Below are positions 17,247-26,569 of a stretch of 41,468 nt of DNA, one piece after another. Numbering within the stretch: the first letter of the stretch is position 1; each line of letters begins with the position of its first letter. Location of the stretch: the IMG/VR virus record IMGVR_UViG_2541047699_000015; one strand, given 5' to 3'. The notes beneath the pieces were generated by a model. That model saw only the letters and a program-made list of their open reading frames with translations. It was not told where the DNA came from and searched no databases. The stretch comes from a virus (Duplodnaviria > Heunggongvirae > Uroviricota > Caudoviricetes). Position numbers and translations under genes: made by a program.

Positions 17247-19717
17247 CAGAATCCCCCAACAGTAAGGCGAGGAATAACGGCAAGAACAGACAGCGGCAAC
17301 GGGTCAAGCTGACGGATTTTTACACGTCCGTTTTTGCCCCAGTTACTGTCCAGTTTCACTTCTACTTTTCCGGTAGCATCATCAACAGGATCATCGTAGA
17401 ACTCGAATTCACGCTGTGGATATTCGTACCATTTACCGCCGGGCGTAGTCGCCCAGATGCCGCGGCTGGCATTCACAACCAGAGTAACGGACGGGATCAC
17501 CTGTTTTTTGTCCAGCAGCGTTTCCTGTCCGTTAATGTTGATATCCAGTGTTTCGAATTCAGCAGTTATTGGCAGGCCGATGTGAACTACAGCCCCCGGA
17601 GATTCCAGCGTGACGGCACCTCCGGAAACCACTTTCTGTGGTTCCACGTTCGCATCAGAGAGAATGTTTACGGTCTGGCCTTCAAGATGAGACAGGCCTC
17701 CAAATGTCCGGCGCGCCATCTGCCAGTTCGTGGTGGCCACATTCCTGAGGGATGGCGGGACGTTCCTGTTAGCACGAACCACTACAGCGGTATTGCTGGT
17801 TACAGAAATAATGTCGCAACGTAATTCTTTTGACACCTCATCACCAGTATCAGGATCAGTTCCGGTATAAGGGAACTGTAGTTGCGCGCCGACATCACTA
17901 CTGGTGAAGTACGCACCACCAGAAACACTGATTGTATATTCCGCGCGGTAATCCCATTCACCAGAACCACCAGTGATGGTCATCGTTCTGTCAGACGTAT
18001 TTCTTCCATCATAGCTAAGGCCAGAATCAACAAAGAAAGCATCTTCATCGCTGGTAAATAAACGGCTGGACAGTCGCTCGATGTATCTCACTGTTTGCCC
18101 GTTAACGGTTCGGTTAACGACGAAATACACCGCATCTTCATTTCCTTCGCTGATACTGCATGTGCTTTCATATTTTCCGGTACTGGATTGTGGTGCCCAT
18201 GCAAAAACCTGCTGATCACGCAAATAGGTCATCACCAGTAATTTACCGTCATCACGAATGCAGAAGGCGCTGGAGTAAGGGACAATAGAGAAGCACCAGT
18301 CAACAATACTGTGCTTCTGAAAAAGATGATTGGCAAGGATGGTCAGGTCGTTCCCCTGATAGCCGTCAACATCGAATGAGTAGGCCAGATCACGGACAAC
18401 ACTGCCTTTCTCCTGGACGAACAGAGCAATATTCGCCACGGCAATTGGTGGGACATTGCTCGAGCCATTTGATCCCTGAGAGCTGAATGCAAATGATGAT
18501 GGGGTAAGCACTTTGTTCTGGTCGCCAGTGATGACGTACTCACCTCCGGAAGTCAGCGCCACCAGCGAACCAACATCAATCAGGTGACGGATCTCATTAA
18601 CCTGACGCCCGGCATAGGTGTAGATAATTCTGTCGTCATCCTGCGTAGGATTGCTTTTGCCAAAATCCTTATAATCCCCGGTACGGCTGGCCCAGATAGT
18701 CTGAGGAAACGCAGTCGATGCGGCGAAGTAAAGACGTTGTTGATAATAAACAACAGTGCCAGGATAACCATTAACACTGTTCCAGGCATATTTAGCCCAT
18801 TTATAGCTGGCATTATCCTCGCCAACTACCTGCGAAGGGATATAGGAAATCACCTCGGCAGTTGCAGTAGTTCCATTTGCAGCAGTGATACGGGCAATGC
18901 CAAAACCACTGTGCAGATATTCCCACTCAATGCCAGTATCATCATCACCGGATCCGCCCCAGCCATCCCATGATGTGCCTTCTGTATGCGAAGGGCGCAA
19001 AGTACCTGTTTTGCCTGCTTTAACGGCGCGATAGTAGTTACTGTCTGCTCGGCGAATATCGCCAATCGACGTACTCTTACTGGTTTCCCATACCGGCACA
19101 GAATCCACTGCAGGCTGTTCCAGATAGAACAATTTGCCTACCTGCTCCGCGCCAAAAATAGAGGCGCTTGCCGTTAGCGTAATTGTCCCGGTGCTGGCGC
19201 TGGCATAAACCGTCACTGACTCGTCAATATTGATATCTTCAAATGGCCCGTTCTTCGTTACCACATCAACCAGTTGCCAGTTGTCATGCGCATAGCGGCG
19301 CAACTCTTTCGGCGGGTATGCCGGATGAACCAGCGTAAGCACGTCTGCGCTTTGCGTGAATTTAATTCGGAACAGATCGGCTTCAGTATATGGCGTGGAA
19401 ATTTCATAAATAACATTGCTGCTGTTCAGCACCAACGCACCATCTTTGATAACGCGCATGTACTGGTGTCCGAACTCCAGAGCATAAGTCTGAACCGTCG
19501 AGAACTGGAACGGGATCAGGCGGCATTTCCGATTTGGATATTTGGCGGCACCGACAAAACGCGTACCAGGTCGATTCTCAACGCCGCCATACTGCCGCAC
19601 GATAAAGTTATCGCACTTGCGCAATGCCACCTGGTACTTCGCCATGTCGATACGTCCGTACAACGACGGTCCAATCTCACCACCAGCAAAGCTGGGCTGG
19701 ATCCAACTGATAGCCAT
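17246..19717 (-). CDS. Tail tubular protein B (T7 gp12-like)
   Basis: 823 aa; size and position after gp11-like gene; N-terminal pattern loosely resembles T7 gp12; start overlaps upstream stop (ATGA). Confidence 0.55.
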   Translation of the reverse strand: MAISWIQPSFAGGEIGPSLYGRIDMAKYQVALRKCDNFIVRQYGGVENRPGTRFVGAAKYPNRKCRLIPFQFSTVQTYALEFGHQYMRVIKDGALVLNSSNVIYEISTPYTEADLFRIKFTQSADVLTLVHPAYPPKELRRYAHDNWQLVDVVTKNGPFEDINIDESVTVYASASTGTITLTASASIFGAEQVGKLFYLEQPAVDSVPVWETSKSTSIGDIRRADSNYYRAVKAGKTGTLRPSHTEGTSWDGWGGSGDDDTGIEWEYLHSGFGIARITAANGTTATAEVISYIPSQVVGEDNASYKWAKYAWNSVNGYPGTVVYYQQRLYFAASTAFPQTIWASRTGDYKDFGKSNPTQDDDRIIYTYAGRQVNEIRHLIDVGSLVALTSGGEYVITGDQNKVLTPSSFAFSSQGSNGSSNVPPIAVANIALFVQEKGSVVRDLAYSFDVDGYQGNDLTILANHLFQKHSIVDWCFSIVPYSSAFCIRDDGKLLVMTYLRDQQVFAWAPQSSTGKYESTCSISEGNEDAVYFVVNRTVNGQTVRYIERLSSRLFTSDEDAFFVDSGLSYDGRNTSDRTMTITGGSGEWDYRAEYTISVSGGAYFTSSDVGAQLQFPYTGTDPDTGDEVSKELRCDIISVTSNTAVVVRANRNVPPSLRNVATTNWQMARRTFGGLSHLEGQTVNILSDANVEPQKVVSGGAVTLESPGAVVHIGLPITAEFETLDININGQETLLDKKQVIPSVTLVVNASRGIWATTPGGKWYEYPQREFEFYDDPVDDATGKVEVKLDSNWGKNGRVKIRQLDPLPLSVLAVIPRLTVGGF

Positions 19718-20322
19718 CAGGACAACCTCGCAATGGTAAACTCGTCAACCGGTGGCTGTGGTTCCTGTGATTCATTCTGGCTATGCGAGCCAGCACTAAG
19801 AATCACGCGATTGTACATATTGAGGGCAAACGTACCGAGGTCTGCATTCCCAGTCAGCGCCATGTTAATAGCTGCCGCAAGACGCCAGGCCAACGCCTCC
19901 ATAAAAATGGCATCAAACATGTTCACATCTGTAACGCGAGAGACATACTTGAGCCATGCCTGAGGCTGGTCTGTGTAGATCAACTTTCCTGTTCCGTTGG
20001 TGTCTGCACCAACTTCGTACTGAACGCGCATTGCTGCTGTTGGATTGCGTACACCAGGAAGCATAATTTCAGTAATGCGCAGACAATCTGACGGGTACTG
20101 GTACGCATATTCCCAGTCAGGCGGTGGATTGCTCGTATCTGCAAGCGCCACGCGTTTGGTAGCAAAGTTCCAGTCAAAATCAGAAAGCACAGTATCACGG
20201 CAGGCCTCAAAGTGCAGCGAACATTCCCCCGCTTCCTTGCTGGCTTCCGTCAGGCTGTTAATGCTGCGGCTGTTGCCAATATTGGACAGCGCACGATTAC
20301 AGATCTCTACTACAGAGGCCAT
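19717..20322 (-). CDS. Tail tubular protein A (T7 gp11-like)
   Basis: 201 aa; N-terminus VVEICNRALSNIGNSRSINSLTEAS resembles T7 gp11 NDILASIGEPPVSTLE; SD GGAGGTGA before ATG 20322. Confidence 0.55.
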   Translation of the reverse strand: MASVVEICNRALSNIGNSRSINSLTEASKEAGECSLHFEACRDTVLSDFDWNFATKRVALADTSNPPPDWEYAYQYPSDCLRITEIMLPGVRNPTAAMRVQYEVGADTNGTGKLIYTDQPQAWLKYVSRVTDVNMFDAIFMEALAWRLAAAINMALTGNADLGTFALNMYNRVILSAGSHSQNESQEPQPPVDEFTIARLS

Positions 20323-20645
20323 CACTCACCTCCGTTACCGTACAGAGTTTCAGCCGCTGATTTTTCTACATCCCCGGAAACAGGAGCGATCGCCATATCA
20401 GTGATCTGCAGATCGGCGCTGCGATTAACGCCATCGTCAGTTTCTCTGGCAGACAGGCCTCGAATAACAGCCTTTGCAGTTATCATCACTTCCGTTCCGA
20501 CGCCCTTAGGTTGCGCCTTCAGCTTATTCAATGTGTCGTTATTCAGCGTGATGCACAGCCCCCACGGGTATTCATCGCGAGTTCTGGTTTCTCCGCTCTC
20601 ATCCTGGTAGCTGTCAGTGCCGGTTTTGAGGTTTACGAGTTCCAT
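20322..20645 (-). CDS. Small virion-module protein
   Basis: Start at ATG 20645 (SD AGGAG 5 nt upstream); follows hairpin 20662-20679. Confidence 0.5.
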   Translation of the reverse strand: MELVNLKTGTDSYQDESGETRTRDEYPWGLCITLNNDTLNKLKAQPKGVGTEVMITAKAVIRGLSARETDDGVNRSADLQITDMAIAPVSGDVEKSAAETLYGNGGE

Positions 20646-20661
20646 ATACACTCCTGCAATA

Positions 20662-20679
20662 AAGGGGCCGAAGCCCCTT
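20662..20679 (-). other. Stable RNA hairpin (UUCG tetraloop) between capsid-proximal and tail genes
   Basis: Minus-strand AAGGGGC-TTCG-GCCCCTT followed by weak U run (TATTG); possible partial terminator or processing/stability element. Confidence 0.45.
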
Positions 20680-20695
20680 GTCTGATCCGCGAGGC

Positions 20696-21031
20696 TTACA
20701 CGCCCAGTTCTTTACGCTTATCTGCGATCTTCTCGCGGAGCGTTTCGGCTTTGGCGTTATGGTGTGGCTTCTGGTTAAAGAGCAATTCGTACTCTTCACG
20801 GAGCTTATCCAGTTCACCATCATCTGACACATCGTTGATGATTTTGGTGCTGGTTGCTGCCATTGACACCTTTCCTGCAACTTTTGCTTTTGCCTGTCTG
20901 GCTGCATCGTTAACAGGTTCCAGTGCGCTACCAGGCTCACCTTCGTATTCGATTTCTGCCCCCTCCGGCCACAGAGTGTTATGGATATGAGAGAGGCGCA
21001 GAACGCGGTATCTTGGTTTCTCACCTGACAT
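20696..21031 (-). CDS. Small virion-module protein
   Basis: Start at ATG 21031 with SD AAGGTGA; 111 aa. Confidence 0.5.
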   Translation of the reverse strand: MSGEKPRYRVLRLSHIHNTLWPEGAEIEYEGEPGSALEPVNDAARQAKAKVAGKVSMAATSTKIINDVSDDGELDKLREEYELLFNQKPHHNAKAETLREKIADKRKELGV

Positions 21032-21041
21032 CAATATCACC

Positions 21042-21479
21042 TTAACCAGTTACTTTTGAGCGGATCGGATACGGCGTATTGGCATCAACATCCAGACTGA
21101 TACCCGCAGTGAATTTGCCGGCCGTTAGTGGGCCAGTTGCGACGGAGTAGTTAACACGCAGATATCGCTGAACACCGGCAGGCACCTTTGCAGAAACAAC
21201 TCGTTTACCTGCTGTCAGGGTATCCTTTGCCAGTGCGCCACTATCATAAATAGTGGACCATGAGCTGTTATTCTCACTCGTCTGCAACTGGATGTTTACA
21301 GTTTCCTCACCACTTGCCGTGGCGGCTTCGTTAACCAGCACCCAAAACTCAAGCGGATAACCCACGCCGATATCACGACGTTTTCCGTCAATTGGACCGA
21401 GATCGATTACGTCAGTAGAAGCCGCGGTATTCGTAACCGCCTGAGCTTCGGAGAACATCAACAGTTTGTCGGTGATCAT
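21042..21479 (-). CDS. Capsid-associated structural protein (possible decoration protein)
   Basis: 145 aa, Thr/Ser/Val-rich beta-type sequence directly downstream of capsid gene; SD GGAGAAAG. Confidence 0.45.
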   Translation of the reverse strand: MITDKLLMFSEAQAVTNTAASTDVIDLGPIDGKRRDIGVGYPLEFWVLVNEAATASGEETVNIQLQTSENNSSWSTIYDSGALAKDTLTAGKRVVSAKVPAGVQRYLRVNYSVATGPLTAGKFTAGISLDVDANTPYPIRSKVTG

Positions 21480-21494
21480 CTTCTTTCTCCATTA

Positions 21495-21514
21495 GTGGGT
21501 CTGTTACGACCCAC
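21495..21514 (-). other. RNA hairpin between capsid and downstream gene
   Basis: GTGGGTC-loop-GACCCAC, no U tract; possible RNase III/processing site. Confidence 0.35.
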
Positions 21515-21530
21515 AGGTTAATAACAGGCG

Positions 21531-22517
21531 TTACACCACGCGGGCTTCTGTTTCCAGAAGCGCATCAGTTTCACGGATTGGTACACCACGGAATGAAGTC
21601 CACCACTCGCCTTCTGTCTCTTTTACGCTGATCGCCAGAGATGTTTTCTCCAGAGATTGCAGATCAAGAGCCTGGCCTACAGTGCGGTTCATGTAGAACA
21701 CCGGGCGACCCATGCCACGATTTGGAATGCGATGCAGTGCTTTAACCATCAACTTCGCAATATTTGCGGCAGAGGAAGGTTCTGAAAGATTGCTGACATC
21801 GATGTTTGCAATGCGAACAACATAACGCCAGTCACGCAGAGCAAGTCCGTTGTCCCATTTGTAATGGGTACGGTAGCCTTCGTACTTGCCGCCATTCGCA
21901 TCTTCCAGTGTCACCTGGCCTTTATCTTCCATCTGGATGCCAGCCTTCTGCCCTTTCGGGAAGATGCCATGCACGGTGTTTTCGCCCCACACCACTAACC
22001 AGATTGAGGTGTTATCTGTACTCGTGCCACCAGCATCAATGATGTTCTGAGCATTACCCGCAGACAGGCTGGAATAGCGGGAGGACAGTCCCATAAACTG
22101 CTGAGGGTTAACGCTGGAATCACCATAAAACAGTGTCTGCGCCATCTGCTGATTCATCGCTTCAATAAATGCGCGGTCTTCAGACAGGCGGAATTCGGCA
22201 GTATTACCGTTCAGATCAGCCAGTGACTTATCGACTTCAGCATAGGTTTCCAGCATGCCAACGGAATCGGTTACCTGCACTGTGGTTGATTTGCTTGGCT
22301 GTACGCCATAGTTCAGCAAACGCCAGGTAGCTGAAGGTAAACCAGAACGAATGGTGGTTCGGTGTCCGGTAGGAAGGTTCCCTTCGACAAAAGGCATATC
22401 CTGAAGGATCGGGTTTGTTTGACCGAGAAGCTCGATAATCTTATCGACTTTCCCGTTTGGATCGACGCGCTTACCCCAGTCAGCCAGCGTTAGCGCAGTT
22501 AAGCCTTTAACAGCCAT
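21531..22517 (-). CDS. Major capsid protein
   Basis: About 329 aa, position after scaffold gene, start at second ATG (22517) with SD GAGAGGAA. Confidence 0.65.
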   Translation of the reverse strand: MAVKGLTALTLADWGKRVDPNGKVDKIIELLGQTNPILQDMPFVEGNLPTGHRTTIRSGLPSATWRLLNYGVQPSKSTTVQVTDSVGMLETYAEVDKSLADLNGNTAEFRLSEDRAFIEAMNQQMAQTLFYGDSSVNPQQFMGLSSRYSSLSAGNAQNIIDAGGTSTDNTSIWLVVWGENTVHGIFPKGQKAGIQMEDKGQVTLEDANGGKYEGYRTHYKWDNGLALRDWRYVVRIANIDVSNLSEPSSAANIAKLMVKALHRIPNRGMGRPVFYMNRTVGQALDLQSLEKTSLAISVKETEGEWWTSFRGVPIRETDALLETEARVV

Positions 22518-22531
22518 TGTCATTTCCTCTC

Positions 22532-23227
22532 TTATTTGCCATAGAGCACTTCGGCCGCACTACGCTGGCCTTCATTACCACCGGTGACCATGCCATCTTC
22601 AGACATCGCCTTTCCGATTCTCACGAACGTTTTGACCAGATCAGGGTGATTACCCAGCCCGGTGGTGTTCAGATATTCTTTGAGTTCAGGTGTCCCGAAC
22701 TGGTCAAGCGCACGCTGTGCGACGCTAAGGTTAGAAATCAACTTGCCGCCACCGATTTCTTTGTCAGCTTTTACATCCGCAGCCCACTGCTCGGTTGTTT
22801 TCTGCCAGGCTTCTGCCTGGCGCTGCTGAACACCTGCCAGAATCTTCGGATAAGCATCAACCAGCTTTTGCGCTTGCTCGTTGGTCAGGTTAAGTTCTCG
22901 CGCCACCGGCTCGAATTCCTTCAACGCTTCTGTATCCAGCTCTACGCCTTCGGCAGCCTGAAACTCGTACTTCTCAGGCGCACCCTCTGGTTTATCGCCG
23001 TCCTTTTTTTCACCCTGCTTATCGTTTTCAGGCTTTTTGTCATCAGCAGGTTTATCGCCATCAGCAACAGGTTGTGGCTTATCACCTTCCGGTTGTGATG
23101 GATCACCAACTGGAGCAGGGTTATCACCTGCAGGCGCTGACGGTTCTGACGCAGCCGGAGCTGCTCCACCATCGACTGGTTGCTCATTGCAAAGACGGCG
23201 ATACAGCAAACGCTCAAATAAATTCAT
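22532..23227 (-). CDS. Scaffolding protein
   Basis: Highly acidic low-complexity N-terminal region (PAG/DKP repeats) and helical C-terminus, between portal and capsid genes; SD AGGAG before ATG 23227. Confidence 0.6.
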   Translation of the reverse strand: MNLFERLLYRRLCNEQPVDGGAAPAASEPSAPAGDNPAPVGDPSQPEGDKPQPVADGDKPADDKKPENDKQGEKKDGDKPEGAPEKYEFQAAEGVELDTEALKEFEPVARELNLTNEQAQKLVDAYPKILAGVQQRQAEAWQKTTEQWAADVKADKEIGGGKLISNLSVAQRALDQFGTPELKEYLNTTGLGNHPDLVKTFVRIGKAMSEDGMVTGGNEGQRSAAEVLYGK

Positions 23228-23229
23228 GA

Positions 23230-23526
23230 TCACTCCTGTTCACTGGCCTCTTTGGCCATCTTCAAATACTGTTCAGGGCAATGCGCCATAACGCGCTGAA
23301 ACAGTTCCAGCGCCAGATTGCGTTGCCCCTCATTAAATGCCATTGCCATAGCGTCCATCGGTGAGATAGCGGAAAACACACGGCCTTTCTCCAGCACCGA
23401 CCAGACAACGCGACGCCCCTGTTCACTGCTCATGACAAAGCAAATGTCATCAATTTCACGCTGTGCCATGTCACGTTGCTTACGGGCGTTTTCTTCTTTC
23501 AGTTGATCGTCTTCGTAATCTGTCAT
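23230..23526 (-). CDS. Small acidic head-module protein
   Basis: 98 aa, start overlaps portal stop (ATGA). Confidence 0.5.
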   Translation of the reverse strand: MTDYEDDQLKEENARKQRDMAQREIDDICFVMSSEQGRRVVWSVLEKGRVFSAISPMDAMAMAFNEGQRNLALELFQRVMAHCPEQYLKMAKEASEQE

Positions 23527-25202
23527 TGTGATTGCCCACCCTGACCACTAACTGCATTCGCCATAGCTGACAAAACACTCGGATCCGAAGTTTTAGCTTC
23601 GCTTAGCGTCTTGGCACCCTGTGCCGCCGCCATCCCCATCGCCATCATTTGTTGCTGCTGTTGTTGCTGTGCCCGTTGCTGGCGAGCCTGCTCAACCTGT
23701 TCCTGCGGAACAATGACGGTTGGAGACACTCCGGACATATCAGCGAATGCATCGATCGCCTGATCAACGTTGAGTTTGTCGAGAGCTTCTGGTTTCGCTT
23801 GCGCAAGTTGACCAATGAAGTTGACCGTAGACGCCAGACTGGACAGGCCGATAGACTTCTGCGCCTGAGCCATGACGGAAATGTATTCGACCTTCAGGGG
23901 CATACCTTCCATCACGTCAGGCGGTGGCGGCAGCATGTTTTTACGCACCATCATCGAGAAAGCGCGGTCAATGAGAGGATTAAGACATTCGTCGTTCAGA
24001 CGCTCCAGAACCGGCCCCAACATCAGAAGTTTTTCTTCTTTCATTTCGATCACCGCTTCAACAGGCATCGAGCGGGTATTGATGTTCTGCAACATCATGA
24101 ACAGATCGACAAAGTAGGCGCTGTTAATGATTTGACGGGTGTCCTGAATGTCTGCCACCAAATCTGCTGTACTGGGGTTAACCAGATAAGCAGGCCTGAA
24201 ACCATCCTGACCAGTAATCAGATCGATATACGTGATGTCGCCAGGAAGAAGGGAGGCACGCTGATTCTTGAGGGAAGTCGGAGCAACCATCGGCGGATTG
24301 GTGGCTTTATCAATCAACTGCGACTTGCGCTTCTGGAGAAGCTGCAATGCCTTAACAGGTCCAAGCGCCAGCATACCCGGGCATGATGATCCATAAACAT
24401 CTTCGCCGTTAACTTCCCAGCGCGGAGCCATAATTGGAAACTCATCGAATCCGGACTCACGCAACAACTTGTCGTTATCGCCACCAACCTCGTAATAAAC
24501 CGATTTGAATGGCTTGTTCTTGCTATCCAGCTTCGATGTATCGCGGTCAATGTTCGGGTAAACCGAATGCATCACTTCAATCCACTTCTCGTAGGTTCCG
24601 CTTTCCCACATGCTTTTTACGGATTCGCTGACGTTATTTAGCCCGAACTCCTGAACAAGCTGACGAACAGTCATAGAGAACTTGCGAAAACAGGTGTCCA
24701 CACTGCCACGAGGTGAGTTAGCCAGGTAGTAACTGCCTATCGGGAATGGCATTGTGCGAATGATGTCCTCGTCATCCTCCAGCACTGCCATTGCACCAGT
24801 GCTGTATGTGCCGAGGCTTCCGTATAACTGCGGCAGCGACTGATAGAGATTCGACTTATTGAACATATCGTTCATGCGGTTCTGCACCGCCTCAAGCCAC
24901 AACTTAACAGGGCCATAATCCATCATTTCAGGATCTGGCGTAGCCAGGCGAAACCACGGACGCGCGGGGCTTGTGATGCCTGACATCATGCCGCTGGCGA
25001 GAGTGCGCGCCGCCATAGTCCCGGTCGAATCAATAATGCGTGTATTGCGTCGATCGTTACGGTTGACCTCAGAAGTCAGAAAGCGGGAACCACGCGGGTT
25101 GATGTAATCACTCAACTCGCGCCAGTGCGGCTCGAACGACTGACGCTCGCTTTCAAGTTGTGCGAACTGTTTGTTCAATCGCTCTTTAGTTGTTTCCGCC
25201 AT
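23523..25202 (-). CDS. Portal protein
   Basis: 559 aa, position upstream of scaffold and capsid, Gln/Ala-rich C-terminal tail; SD GGAG 8 nt before ATG 25202. Confidence 0.65.
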   Translation of the reverse strand: MAETTKERLNKQFAQLESERQSFEPHWRELSDYINPRGSRFLTSEVNRNDRRNTRIIDSTGTMAARTLASGMMSGITSPARPWFRLATPDPEMMDYGPVKLWLEAVQNRMNDMFNKSNLYQSLPQLYGSLGTYSTGAMAVLEDDEDIIRTMPFPIGSYYLANSPRGSVDTCFRKFSMTVRQLVQEFGLNNVSESVKSMWESGTYEKWIEVMHSVYPNIDRDTSKLDSKNKPFKSVYYEVGGDNDKLLRESGFDEFPIMAPRWEVNGEDVYGSSCPGMLALGPVKALQLLQKRKSQLIDKATNPPMVAPTSLKNQRASLLPGDITYIDLITGQDGFRPAYLVNPSTADLVADIQDTRQIINSAYFVDLFMMLQNINTRSMPVEAVIEMKEEKLLMLGPVLERLNDECLNPLIDRAFSMMVRKNMLPPPPDVMEGMPLKVEYISVMAQAQKSIGLSSLASTVNFIGQLAQAKPEALDKLNVDQAIDAFADMSGVSPTVIVPQEQVEQARQQRAQQQQQQQMMAMGMAAAQGAKTLSEAKTSDPSVLSAMANAVSGQGGQSQ

Positions 25203-25216
25203 TTCAATGACTCCGG

Positions 25217-25423
25217 TTACTGACCAAGCAGCGTTTTACCGCTGGTATTAGCAGTTGATGTGTCGCCCTGAGAACCGGTAAGCAGCGTAGAACTACGACC
25301 AGCAGCAGCGCGACGGCGACGAGTTTCTTCGTCGCGGGCATCAACAACGGCGGCATCCTGCTCCTGTGGTGCTGCCTGAACTTCTGGTGTTGCAGGCACT
25401 GATGGTGAGCTACCCATGCACAT
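25217..25423 (-). CDS. Small protein upstream of portal
   Basis: SD GGAG 8 nt before ATG 25423; its translation-initiation region CGGAGTCATTGA is duplicated in front of the portal gene. Confidence 0.5.
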   Translation of the reverse strand: MCMGSSPSVPATPEVQAAPQEQDAAVVDARDEETRRRRAAAGRSSTLLTGSQGDTSTANTSGKTLLGQ

Positions 25424-25491
25424 ATCAATGACTCCGTACGCAATTAAATTATTACCAATTTAACCACATATGATTTATTTATCGTAGACAG

Positions 25492-25529
25492 TTGACATTT
25501 AACGCGCGAATTATTACCTTTCAGGTAAC
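25492..25529 (+). promoter_or_regulatory. Promoter (-35 TTGACA) with overlapping operator ATTACCTTTCAGGTAAC upstream of tRNA
   Basis: TTGACA at 25492-25497; operator 25513-25529 covers -10/+1 region. Confidence 0.5.
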
Positions 25530-25850
25530 CAAAGAGTTCATTCCGGTTACTAACCTGACTGGCTTGTCGTTAAATTGAACAGGTGGAGTGAGCTTTTATT
25601 TTGAGCAGTACGGCGTATGGCACATGCGCCGATAGCGGTCTGGATGCGTTTAAGGGGCACCCTCCCTGGCTGTGGCAAACGAACCAGGTAGCCGGAATGT
25701 GCAAGTCGAGCGGTTTTATTCCGCGCACGGGGATTCACCATCCCGGCGATTCGGTGTGACGCCTCGGAAGAGACGAGGGTACAACGATGAGAGCATTTAT
25801 GGAGCCGCGACAAAGTGTGGCGCCTTAACAGGCTAAGTGCTCTCAGCGTT

Positions 25851-25927
25851 GTGGCATTAGCTCAGTTGGACAGAGCAACCGCCTTCTAAGCGGTTGGTCG
25901 CAGGTTCGAATCCTGCATGCCACGCCA
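25851..25927 (+). tRNA. tRNA-Arg (anticodon UCU), phage-encoded argU-like
   Basis: Cloverleaf read by eye: acceptor stem GTGGCAT/ATGCCAC, D-arm GCTC...GAGC, anticodon stem ACCGC/GCGGT with loop CTTCTAA (anticodon TCT at 25885-25887), T-arm GCAGG-TTCGAAT-CCTGC, discriminator G, encoded CCA. Confidence 0.9.
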
Positions 25928-25970
25928 GAATCACGCCTAAGGACCGTGATGCCAGAAGTTCCAGGTGCTT

Positions 25971-26012
25971 GGCGGTGATGGTTTCCCTTGAAGGACTATC
26001 ACCGCCCTTTTT
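25971..26012 (+). terminator. Terminator after tRNA
   Basis: Hairpin GGCGGTGAT...ATCACCGCC followed by CTTTTT. Confidence 0.55.
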
Positions 26013-26090
26013 ACAGCAGGACGCCATTGCGATGACTTCATGCTGTAAACCAGTACAGCCACGGAAGGCATAACTCATTGCTTCCAGTTC

Positions 26091-26114
26091 GCCCGGTTCG
26101 CCGGGCATTTTTTT
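26091..26114 (+). terminator. Second terminator immediately before RBS of gene 26126
   Basis: Hairpin GCCCGG-TTCG-CCGGGC followed by ATTTTTTT. Confidence 0.65.
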
Positions 26115-26125
26115 AAGGTGAGATT

Positions 26126-26548
26126 ATGAAAACAGCCGACATGCTAGCTAAATATCTAAATGAATGGCCGTGCAAATATGTACGCATTGTTCAGGGTGAT
26201 GACTCAATTTTTTATGGTGTTTTTGCAGGAAATGAAATGCTTTGTGAAGCAATTCCAGGTGAGCGACTTGCCGGGTTAACGCTTAGCGATGACCATGGAA
26301 TAGGAGTTACTTGCCATGACTGGATTTCAGCGCAGAAAACTGAAATGGAAAAAGGCAATGTGTTTGATATTTCTCGCGCTGTATACGCCAAAGAAAAAAG
26401 TGATGATGATTACATGCGCGAAAACTTATACAACATGAAGTTACAATGCCTGGCTGAAGTGCTTAGTAAAAGATCTTTACTTGATGTGGTTGGTGCTGAG
26501 CAGGACGCCAAGGCAATCAACGCCGCATTCGATAAAATAACCTTCTAA
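26126..26548 (+). CDS. Hypothetical moron protein (140 aa)
   Basis: SD AAGGTGAG before ATG 26126; opposite strand to flanking late genes; no family recognised. Confidence 0.6.
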   Translation: MKTADMLAKYLNEWPCKYVRIVQGDDSIFYGVFAGNEMLCEAIPGERLAGLTLSDDHGIGVTCHDWISAQKTEMEKGNVFDISRAVYAKEKSDDDYMRENLYNMKLQCLAEVLSKRSLLDVVGAEQDAKAINAAFDKITF

Positions 26549-26552
26549 CGCC

Positions 26553-26564
26553 GTGACATGTCAC
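26553..26564. repeat. Palindrome GTGACATGTCAC, copy 2
   Basis: Perfect copy 4 nt after stop of gene 26126-26548 and 5 nt before terminator. Confidence 0.8.
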
Positions 26565-26569
26565 AATCA

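Noticed and set aside
25204-25443. Track ORF 25204-25443 (79 aa) upstream of portal
   Set aside because: Overlaps the portal start and lacks an RBS; the other-frame ORF 25217-25423 has a clear GGAG RBS and ends just before the portal RBS
26043-26058. Second CTGT-N8-ACAG match (CTGTAAACCAGTACAG) between the tandem terminators upstream of gene 26126
   Set aside because: Spacer is not AT-rich and flanks do not match the LexA consensus; about one such bare match is expected by chance in 41 kb
25550-26108. Track ORFs 25550-25813(-) and 25857-26108(-) across the tRNA region
   Set aside because: Overlap the tRNA and its terminators on the opposite strand, no RBS, improbable products
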